64,000 nt of DNA from Ylistrum balloti (taxonomy: Eukaryota), in the NCBI RefSeq assembly GCF_031769215.1, contig NW_026782057.1, forward strand, positions 310,001-374,000, given 5' to 3'. The notes below the pieces were generated by a model. That model was not told the origin of the DNA. It saw only the letters and a program-made list of their open reading frames with translations, and did no database searches. The translations under genes were made by a program, and so were the position numbers. This document shows positions 50,048 through 62,000 of this stretch, one piece after another (the first letter of the stretch is position 1; each line of letters starts with the position of its first letter).

Positions 50048-53000
50048 ATGAAGAGTTCAGTGGCCGGTCGTTTGACCATGTCATCCTTGTTGGCACCAAG
50101 TCTTGACAGCAGTTTGGCTAGTAGTGCTGCCTCCCAAAACAGGAGTAGTGCAAGTCTCACTAAAGCTGAGAAGGAGATAAAGGTATACAAAAGAAATACC
50201 AGGGGTAAAAAAAATGAAAAAATTAATATTTGAGCATCATTATTTTTTTTTTAAATTTGTAACTATTGTATAAAGATGGAAGTGATATGATACAATTTAT
50301 TGTCAGTAATATTCTATGTTGGTCATAACTTCAAAAGGAAAAGAGGACAACTTTAATACAATAACGTGATGTCAAATTAAGATTACTACCTCGTTGAAAT
50401 CAGTGAAGAGTTTAAGCATGTCATAAATTGTTTACTGTTGAGATAAGGCAATGAAAAATAATCGAGAACATGTACTGTTGGGAGACCGTTTGTTTGGCAT
50501 GTATCTTCAGTTACTTTTTGTATTGTGATCCATGGAAAAAAGTGATCATGAATCACTTAACATTTAGAATTTACTGTTTATAGAAAGATCCTTGGGATAA
50601 GCTTTTAAAATATATATTTTGTTTAGTGAAGAAACTATACATTCTCCTGCTAGAATATAATCGTGAGAAAACATTGAACTTAAAGCTTTATGTATTTTAC
50701 AAAATGACTCTAATATTATCATGTTATGTATTTAACCCTATGTTTTATACTGTACTATTTACTTAACGAGGGTAAATAAGTATATAATGTCTTCTAAGAT
50801 CTGACCAATGATTTTCTGGTTGTTGATTTAGAAATTTACATGTTTTCATCAAATTTAGTCCTTGTAGAGATGGTTTATAGTAAATTTGTTACAGCATTTA
50901 GAATATTGTCATTAATTTTTGAATGAGAAATTTTCTAATATTATATTTTCAGTCTTTAAAAGCAGAAAATAACAAACTCAGGAAAGATTTAGAAGATGTA
51001 AGGTATGTGAAAATATATCTGAGGAACCCTTTGAGGGGAATATGTAGGAAGTTTGTTACTTACAAACACCATTTTTAGGTCACATGACCATAGTACCTGT
51101 TGACCTATTGTGATTATTCTTTGTCTGTCATTGTGCGTCATGAATTAACTTTATTGTGAATATGATAACCTGAGAAAATATGAATATATTTTGATGAAAC
51201 TTGATCTGCAGCCTTATATTGATAAGATCTGAGTTGAGTTTGACAATGGGATCAAATTGACCTTCATTTACAGAGTTATAGCCCTTTGTAGTTTTATTGT
51301 CATGGACCTTGTGAACATGATAGCTTTAGAAAATCTGAATGGATTTTGATGAAACTTGATCTGCATGGGACCGTTTGATGGTAAATTACAGAGTTATGGC
51401 TCTTGGCAGTTCAAATTCAGTTGAGATTATGGAGGTAATCAGGTGCCCATTGGCCGCTTGGAATTGTTGAATTTGCACCATTCTACTCATTAGACAAAAA
51501 ATGTTTTTAGTTTACTAGTACTGCCTGGTGATCATAATGTTTTTACAACTGAATAACTTACATACCAGGTGCTGAGTTTTAAAGACAACTCTTAATATAT
51601 CATTGAAATAATTTCCTTGATATATTAAGTAACATTAACCAACTTCCGAAAAAAGGGAGGTGATATAAAGTTATTGCTTGTCAACCAGTCTGCCAGTTAT
51701 GACTTTTCAAGGCAAAGTTACAACAGATTTCAGTGACTTGTAACTTTGCCCTAATGGGCTACACCTGGTATATTGGCTACCTATCTCAGGAAGCTGGCCT
51801 ATGTTGAGAACACTCATCTGATGTCTTTTTATTGTAACTACTGAGTGACTTACTGCATACCTTGTGGTATCCATTTTCCAGTGATTTACTACCTAAGGAC
51901 CCTACTTATAAATTGGATTGGCATTGGCTTTTCCCCCTTTAAGTTATTACTAAATACATTCTGACATTGTGTGTTATTCAGGTCTCTTTACAACCAACTG
52001 GTATCGGAAAATTCTCACGAGAAGTTTGATGAGAGAAGGATTACATTATTGAAGTCGCACATCATACAGCTGGAAAGACAGGTAGGGATGTTCAGTGTTA
52101 AAAGGAAATGATGTAGTTGAAAGTAAGAACATTTATGCTATGCATTGTAAACAGTAGGAAAAAATAAATCAGAAGACAGAAAAAAATTTGTATTTACTAA
52201 CCCAATTTTTTGTAACAGTAAATATTTTAATGTTGTTGTAAGGTATTGCTGATGTCAGAGGCCCTCAGTTCGCGCAGCAGTGCATTGATGGAGGTGGAAA
52301 ACGCTCTTACTTGGCTGGCAGACAAATGCAGGTAATTCTTGATAGTTGTCAAATACAGGTAATGTCTGAGAGCTAGTATTTGATATTTGGCTGGCTGACA
52401 AATATAGGTAATTCCTGATAGCTGTTGCTTGTTATGACGCTGGCTGGAAGATAAGGTAATGCCTGATAGGTATTGTTTGATATTAAGCTGGTTTAAAAAT
52501 ACAGGTCATGCCTGATGGCTAATATTTGATGTTCATGGTTTTAGTTTTTTCTATTAATGATTATTTATACATTATATATATCATTTAAGTCTACTCAAGT
52601 CTAGTATTGTTTGTACCAGGAATTAATAGTTTATTTTTATGTGTTATTTTCTGTGTAGATATATCAAAATAGGACTTCATGTTGACGACATGTCTTGATA
52701 AATATTTTGTAAAAGTCACAAACATTGTTTCAATTAACCAGGACATTGTGCTTAATTTAGCTACTGTTATCTTGTCCATTTGCCAAATTTATCCTGTAAG
52801 AAGCCCATGTCTGGTAATAAGCCCACCCACATCTATTGCTGTTCTGTATCAGTAAAATGTTCATAAAAAATCTATATAACTGTTTTTTAATAAGTTCCCA
52901 GCCTTTTTGTCATAGTTTGTGTTAGTCCCTTTGATATACTGAAGGATATTTCTATGTCTGTACACACTTGTCCTTACAGATACTACATAGCCCTTGAGGT

Positions 53001-56000
53001 CCCAGGAGCAACAGTTGGTGTTCCCCGTTCAGACCTCACACAGATGGTCCACACTGCTGAGTCAAGTAGAATTAAACTGTTCAAGAACATAGAGGTAGAG
53101 TTGTAAAATAGACCACACAGAGTAGGTACAGAGGTAGAATTGTAAAGTAGACCACACAGAGTAGGTACAAAAGTAGAGTTGTAAAGTAGACCACACAGAG
53201 TAGGTACAGAGGTACAGTTGTAAAGTAGACCACACAGAGTAGGTACAGTGGTAGAATTGTAAAGTAGACCACACAGAGTAGGTACAGAGCTACAGGTGTG
53301 AAGTAGACCACACAGAGTAGGTACAGAGGTAGAGTTGTGAAGTAGACCACAGATAGAAGGTACAGAGGTAGAGTTGTGAAGTAAACCACACAGAGTAGGT
53401 ACAGAGGTAGAATTGTAAAGTAGACCACACAAAGTAGGTACAGAGCTACAGTTGTGAAGTAGACCACACAGAGTAGGTACAGAGGTAGAGTTGTAAAGTA
53501 GACCACACATGTAAAGTAGACCACACAGAGTAGGTACAGAAGTAGACTACACAGAGTAGGTACAGAGGTAGAATTGTAAAGTAGACCAAACAGAGTAGGT
53601 ACAAAAGTAGAGTTGTAAAGTAGACCACACAGAGTAGGTACAGTGGTAGAATTGTAAAGTAGACCACACAGAGTAGGTACAGAGCTACAGGTGTGAAGTA
53701 GACCACACAGAGTGGGTACAGAGGTAGAGTTGTGAAGTAGACCACAGATAGAAGGTACAGAGGTAGAGTTGTAAAGTAGACCACACAGAGTAGGTACAGA
53801 TGTAGAGATGTAACGTAGACCACACTGAGTAGGTACAGAGCTACAGTTGTGAAGTAGACCACACAGAGTAGGTACAGAGGTAGAGTTGTAAAGTAGACCA
53901 CACAGAGTAGGTACAGAGCTACAGTTGTGAAGTAGACCACACAGAGTAGGTACAGAGGTAGAGTTGTAAAGTAGACCAAACAGAGTAGGTACAGAGGTAG
54001 AATTGTAAAGTAGACCACACAGAGTAGGTACAGAGGTAGAATTGTAAAGTAGACCACACGGAGTAGGTACAAAAGTAGAGTTGTAAAGTAGACCACACAG
54101 AGTAGGTACAGAGGTAGAGTTATAAAGTAGACCACACAGAGTAGGTACAGAGCTACAGGTGTGAAGTAGACCACACAGAGTAGGTACAGAGGTAGAGTTG
54201 TAAAGTAGACCACACATAGTACGTACAGAGGTAGAGTTGTGAAGTAGACCACACGGAGTAGGTACAGAGGTAGAGTTGTAAAGTAGACCACACAGAGTAG
54301 GTACAGAGGTAGAATTGTAAAGTAGACCACACAAAGTAGGTACAGAGGTTGAGTTGTAAAGTAGACCACACAGAGTAGGTACAGAGGTAGAGTTGTAAAG
54401 TAGACCACACATGTAAAGTAGACCACACAGAGTAGGTACAGAAGTAGACTACACAGAGTAGGTACAGAGGTAGAATTGTAAAGTAGACCACACATAGTAC
54501 GTACAGAGGTAGAGTTGTGAAGTAGACCACACAGAGTAGGTACAGAGGTACAATTGTAAAGTAGACCACAGATAGAAGGTACAGAGATAGAGTTGTAAAG
54601 TAGACCACACACAGAAGGCGTACACAGCCAAGTTAATTTGTGTCAACTTATTCATTCAATAACACTTTAAAATTTAAAAAAAACTTCAACTGACTTTCAA
54701 TATTTATCCCTGTTTCTATGTAAACACAATGAATTATTGAATGGCTAACTTATCTTTACAGAACTGTTCCACACAGACACAAGGCCAGGCTCTAATGTTT
54801 ATGAATACCTTCATCAAACCTGATTCCTTCCAGCAGTGTACCATGTTAGATATAGCCTCTGGAAAACTGGACTATCTCAACTTAAAACATGTGGTATGGT
54901 TCGCTTATGGCATTCATCATATTTTAATGTCATCAAGGAAATGTTTTGTATGACATTTTGAAAAACCTTATGATGATATTTTTAGTTTAGTGTTTAAGAA
55001 TCGTTATAAGAAACGGGACGATGTAGTGAAAAAAGAATCTACCTTACAATATTTTTTACAGTGTTTGAAGTAAAGAAAAAAATAAAAACTCTTCTATTTA
55101 AACCATAGTGCCATATGTATGAATGAATGTCACTGCATTTACTAGGCAAAGCTGGAGAGTAAGTTATCATCACTGTACAAGGATCTAACTCAACTTCATG
55201 ATGTCCTTGAGAATCCACAAGACATACCTGTGATGACATCACCATGTGTAGCCAGTGTGATTCGTGACCGGGCATCCACACAGCTCCTGAGATCCTGTGC
55301 TCGTATCAAAGACTGCTGTGGGGACCTTTTGTCTGTCTCATTGCTCTTCCCCAGTGCACCCTGGGTAAGCATGACTTGTTCAGGTATAAGCTCACAAAGA
55401 GCTGTATACCTGTGCACTGAGTGCAATTACGAACATCATCTTAACTCATATCTAAGCATCTCTCTTATGCTTTGGTGTAACCTTAATGACGGCCAAATTT
55501 TGTTGATTCAAACTTGAAAAAAGTTGAGTTTTCCCAGTTTTTATTACTAAGATAAAAAGAGAAGTTTGTAAAAACTGACAAAGTAGTTTGAGTTAAGCAA
55601 GGTCTTTATCTGTTAACACTAACACGTGTGCATAAGTGTTGTAATATTTGTTGTTTATTTTATTCAATATTATATCATATATTATCCTTATAAAGCTACT
55701 TTTACTTTTAAATAAATTGTAAATTTTTTCATTAATATTCTAGTCTTTCAGTAACTTAGAAATTGACATGCATGTTGGTATATCAATGACCCAAATAGAA
55801 TAATTTTTGTTTACTTCCAAAGGCTTTATGTCATACAAAATCTTGAAACTCATTCCATTTCCTTGATATTCTATACACAGTATGTTGTAGTTAAATTCTA
55901 TGTTATTCTGGAAGAAACTTTTGAAAACTGGTATTTCTATGATCTTGGGCAATCTTATTAAATATTTTTCACACCAAAAACATGGTACTGTACATATATA

Positions 56001-59000
56001 CAAATTTGTTGTTTACAAGCCCACTTATATGTTATCTTTCCACTTATTTCATGAATGCATAAAGCTCACAGGTGTATATTTTTCAATTTTAAATACAAGC
56101 TTTGCTGCATGTTCAGGTTCTCATTGATTCGCAAAACTGATTTCATTACAGCCTCCATTGAAAAAATCTGTGCTGAAAGATATCACCTGTGATAATGTAA
56201 TGTCCAGTCTTCCTAGTCTACCAAAGTCAAAAGTACCTGAGGTCAAAAGAGTGATGACTGCTCTCCTTAAAGCTCAGAGTTACCATCATCACATGCTGTC
56301 CCAACAGGTAACTTTCCTCCCTAGAACAATAGATCATCACATGCTGTCCTAATAGGTAACTTTCCTCCCTAGAACAATAGATCATCACATGCTGTCCCAA
56401 CAGGTAACATTCCTCCCTAGAACAATAGATCACACATGCTGTCCCAACAGGTAACATTCCTCCCTAGAACAATAGATCATCACATGCTGTCCCAACAGGT
56501 AACTTTCCTCCCTAGAACAATAGATCATCACATGCTGTCCCAACAGGTAACATTCCTTCCTAGGGCAATAGATCATCATCACATGCTGTCCCAACAGGTA
56601 ACTTTCCTCCCTAGAACAATAGATCATCACATGCTGTCCCAACAGGTAACTTTCCTCCCTAGAACAATAGATCATCACATGCTGTCCCAACAAGTAACTT
56701 TCCTCCCTAGGACAATAGATCATCACTGTTAATGTGATTTCGAACAACATAACATATTATCAGTAATTCAGATGTACTATGTGTCAAACTTTCTGACATG
56801 TTTGAAGGATAGATCATCCCACTCTGTCCCAACAGGTAACTTTCCTCCCTAAAACAATAGATCATCCCACTCCGTCCCAACAGGTAACTATCCTCCCTAG
56901 AACAATAGATCATCCCACTCCATCCCAACAGGTAACTTTCCTCCCTGAAACAATAGATCATCCCACTCTGTCCCAACAGGTTACTTTCCTCCCTGAAACA
57001 ATAGATCATCCCACTCTGTCCCAACAGGTTACTTTCCTCCCTAGAACAATAGATCGTCCCACTCTGTGCCATTCGGGAGTTTTACATTTACAATATTTTA
57101 GAGTAAATATAATCTGAATTAATGTTTTTCTTCTTATATGTGACTGACATAGAATCATATTTTGAATTGAAAAGTAATGTGTTATCCTTGGTATAATTAT
57201 GTAGGTGTTTTTTTACTTGTAGATAAAAGGATTAAAAGAAGAAGTGAAATTCCATCAAGCTGTCTACAATCTTCAGATCTCTTATTCTGAAACACTCCTG
57301 GCAGCAGTAAGGTATGTACACTGTGGTGGAGCAGGTTTGATTGATATTTGTCTTACCTTACACAGGTATGTGGTGTGAGATTTCCTTGACTCACCCTAGG
57401 GTTGAGATGAGGGGATTCTCCTGTCAGGACAATGATATGATGTCACAGTAACAATTCACTGACGTCAGGTCAACAATGAAATCATGTCAACGATGTGAAG
57501 CATTGGGACAACAAAAACACATATAAATTCCTTATAAAGCCTGCATGGTAAGAGAAAAATAATCATTCATCCCCTTATTGTGAGGTAGGGTGATATCAAC
57601 CCTCGGGGAAAAGATGATAAGTTCGAACACTCAGCATGCCTCGTGTTTGTTAAAGCAAACATTTTCCCACTCAGGTTGAGATCCACTTATCAGATCTTAA
57701 GGGGGTGACCAATCAACCTTCCCTTCCAATATATGCTTTGATTTATATCTGATTTGTCATATATTTACACTTTCGGGTATTTAATATAAATTTCCCCTAA
57801 ACGTAATTTACCCCATTTACAGTGTTACATGAAGAGAAGATAAAAAAAATTTGGAAGTTCATAATAATGATGCATATTGAACGATTTTCTGAATTATTTC
57901 ATACTTTTCCATGTCTAAAATAAACTGTGTCCTTCAGAGTCACAGTTTCTGCAGCTCTAGACTGATAGGAATACAGATGAAAATTCTCTTTTCTAAATGA
58001 TGTTGTAATAAAATCAGTTCTGATGTACAGTTGTTTAATAAGCAAAAACAAAACAATAACAGGAACTGAGACAGCAACTTAATACAAAGAGGGATGTTAC
58101 AAAGTGTTAGAAAATTTTCCAAATATGATACATGTTGTCTTAATTGTAGGGAATGTTATAGGGAATATTAGATTTTTCAATATTGATGTGAAAGCTGTTT
58201 TTGTTACAGGGAAGGTTACAAAGAGTTTGAAAAATCTACCAATGAGTTTCTCATCATGCCATTACGTGGTGAGTTTAACATTAGTGTTTCAAAAAAATTT
58301 TCTTTTAATGTGCTATAAAATTTATTTATATTGAATTTTATTATAAAACTGAAAATTTGATTGTGAAAATAGACCAAAGATAATACTAGTATCTAATTGA
58401 CTACCTGGTGTCCATAGATCAATAATACAATACCTCATAGTAGAAAAAATACCTTTGTATTCAGAGAATCCTCCTGTTAATATGAGCTGGATTTTGTTGC
58501 AGATATTTTGGAAGCTTATTTAACAATGAAAACTTCAAGCAGTGATAATGGTCTAAGGCAGTTCCTGACCTGCTTTAAAAACAGCGAAGAGCAGGTAAGT
58601 TGTAATTTTGAGAATTTCAGAGACAGAAAAGCATGGTTTTGATGATAGCTTTCCCAGGCATTCAGCTTTTACCTGATGAGTATTGTAGAGAATTAAATTA
58701 GAATAAAAAGGATCCATGTTCTGGTTTACATACCACTATCAAAAGAGCCAGTTAAGACACAATCAAAATAGTCGATATAAGACATTATAAAAATAGGCTA
58801 TGTAAGACACTTTCAAATGATCAGTTTAAGACACTATCAAATTAGTCTATCTAAGACACTTTCAAATTATCAGTGTAAGACACTATAAAATTAATCAATA
58901 TAAGATGCTGTCAAAGTAGTCAATGTAAGACACTCCCAAAATACATGTTAATTAGTGTAAAATCACAATAGTTAAGGCACTATCTGTTGCTTTTTAAATT

Positions 59001-62000
59001 GTCCATTTCTAAAGAAGCTGTCAATTATACTTCCTGATGTGTATTGGATGTAGTGCAACATATCGCCAGAAGCAGAATTTATCCATTTCTGTTTACTGAT
59101 GTAAAATTTCTGACCTGGTAATATCAGTTAGTTTCAACAAACAACAAGTTTTGTACAAATATTTTGATTGTTTTAATTTGATGTTTAACTTTGTATCTTC
59201 GAGATTTGTTGCCTGATAATTTGTTCTTTTAATCTGCTCAATTGCAGCTTATGGATGCTATCATGAAACTGTCAACAAAGGGAAAACCTGAAACTGGTCA
59301 GTAAATAATCACCTTCATACTGGGGTCATCAGTCTCCTGTCCTTGTGTGTCCTTTATCTATCAGAGACATGCAGAAGTAGGACATTTACCTATTACTACA
59401 GGCCCCACTTGTATAAAACATCTCAACTTGAGATTTCCTCAAGCCCAGATTTTCCTCAGCTGATATCTCCTCAAAAACGGCTTGTATAAAATTTTCTCAA
59501 AGACAGGAGGAAGTCATCGGCTAGGATGTCCTGAAATTCCTTGAGGAATTTTCATACAAGATATTTTCAAGGAGATATTAGCTGAGGAAAATCTGGGCTT
59601 GAGGAAATCTCAAGTTGAGATGTTTTATACAAGTGGGGCCAGGTCTTTTGTTTAATGATCGGACCACCTACATATATATATTTTTAAGGAACAATTTACC
59701 TGTTATCTGTTGATGAATATGAATATCAAATATAAATGGTGACATTTGTATAAGCGTACCGTACATCACATAGATTTTGTGAATACATGTGCTTTATTTT
59801 GCCAACTTACCTCTTCAGACATATTTGTGAATACATTATTTTGCAAACAATGATCTTTGATTTTGTGAATGATAAGACTGTTAGAAACATGGACTCTTCA
59901 AAACTCAGATATCAGTAACTGTGTCAACATGTATGCCATCCAAACTTATTTTTCGTTCAAGTAATCACCTGGGATTATCTCACATAGTAATGCAAAAATA
60001 AATCCCACTTAAACTACGAGTGATTTACGGTATGAGTTGATGTCCCTGACCTTGAAATGGTGAGATACATATGTTTGGTTATATTTGTCCATCCATTGGG
60101 AAATGTCATTGGCCTATTTCTACTGATTGTTATTTCCCCTCAGTTGTTGCTGTACAAAAATCCTTAGTTCCATGGTACTAAAGTCAAGGTCATATGGTTA
60201 ATATCTAGGTCACCATTACTGTTAATAAAATTGAACCTAAAATGACACAGTCCTTTCTTTAACAAATGTAAGTTCACAAAAAGTACATGTGTCATCAATT
60301 CTGTGATTATCATCATATTTATATCTACACTCCTATTCTGTTACCTCAAGGATGGCAGATATAGATATGATGCTCAAGGGGAATTCATATTGTTAGTGTA
60401 CATTGTTAAGTTTTCACTGAAAGGTATTATTTGATGAGAAAATTTAACTACTGAGCTTGAATTTCTCATTTTACAATTTCTTTAAGCTGTATATATCATA
60501 TTGATAATTTACTGTCATAACTGAGAGAATGATTTATAGTTCACAGTGTTCCAGTATCAGATGAATTATATCCCCACTTAGGTAGTGGGCTTGTAAGAGG
60601 TACAAATATATGGTAATAACAATTTCTTTAAGCTGTATATATCATATTGATAATTTACTGTCATAACTGAGAGAATGATTTATAGTTCACAGTGTTCCAG
60701 TATCAGATGAATTATATCCCCACTTAGGTAGTGGGCTTGTAAGAGGTACAAATATATGGTAATTACTTAAGTCCTCCATGTGTCAGTTTATACCTGTGAT
60801 ATCTTGTGAGTCCTTGAGCAAAGTTAGTTCATAATCACAGCCTATTGCATCACATAAAGTTCTACACCTTGTAAGATTTTGGTTAACATTGGTGAAGTGT
60901 AAAGGTCAAAGATCACACTCAGCTATACGTTTGGGATTAATGTAAGTGTACAAGATATCTCGTGAACCTGTTTACAGATTTAGCTCATGCTTCAACCAGA
61001 GCATCACACTTGAATGTATACATTTGATGCACATTGGTCAAGGTTGAAGGGTTAAGGGTTACAATTGATCCATTTTGAAATGAAGAGTCTATGTTCAAGA
61101 CCAGTCATTTTTCCCTATCCCATCAACAGCATTAGCATTAAAAAGTCTTGAAAATCAGGCAATGGTATATTTATATGACCCCTGCAGGACTGAACAAATA
61201 CTATGATATCCTCCAGAAGTAAAACATCTTCCTGTTCTTGCATAGATATTGTCAGCATTATTTCTCGATCATGTTTTATCCTTCTTTCATTTTCAAATAT
61301 CTCTTGCACAATTAATTAGGACTCAGGAAGAAGGAAAAATAAGTGCTCATTAAAATTAAGATACTTTATATGAAAGAAACATGACAGTGTGACATTTTGT
61401 ACTAGGAAGTGGAGTGGAGGTTCTGTCTCAGTTTGGAGTGGAATTCACCAAATCTCTGGATAAGGCTGTGAAACAAAGTCAGTGGCGGAGAGATAAGGCA
61501 GGGCGTGAAAGAGCAGAACTAAAGGAGGAGCAACAGAAACTAGAGGCTGAGTTACGTGGTCTCCTGGACAAAGAGGAAGGTTCATATCAGGATATGTTCC
61601 CTCCCAGTGACGACACACTAGCTACAAGAGACAGTAGCACATTCGCAGGTAAATGTATGGCATACCCACATAGGTAATTGTATGTAACACTCTCAGAGTA
61701 AACTGTATGTAATACATTCACAGGTAAATGTATGGAACACCCACATAGGTAATTGTACATAACACTCTCAGAGTAAACTGTATGTAATACATTCACAGGT
61801 AAGTATGTATATACATAACTCCCACACAGGCAAATTTATGTATCACTAACACAGGTCAATGTAAGAAACACCCTCAGTACTTTTAGTGCTCAGAACTTGT
61901 TCATTGTTTAAAATTACTATTCAGTAAGAAGGACCTGCTGCCTATTCCTGATGTATTCAATGAACAACAGAGGTGATTCAAAAATTCAGATGATACCTAT

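Noticed and set aside
52983-54655. Long minus-strand ORFs (175, 443, 388, 151 aa) with LLYNSTSVPTLCG / LYLLCVVYFTTLP repeats
   Set aside because: These are by-products of a stop-free 39-bp (13-codon) intronic minisatellite; there is no independent coding evidence.
56158-56750. ORF-track peptides with MLSQQVTFLPRTIDHH repeats as a repeat protein
   Set aside because: Only 56152-56307 fits the phase-consistent exon chain; the rest is intronic array, and an in-frame TAA at 56350 blocks read-through.
40532-57070. Regular arrays as possible CRISPR loci
   Set aside because: The units are contiguous repeats with no unique spacers, there are no cas genes, and the context is eukaryotic.
61115-61309. 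Minus-strand 64-aa ORF as a nested gene or transposase start
   Set aside because: No ATG start or splice support, and no motif I can name.
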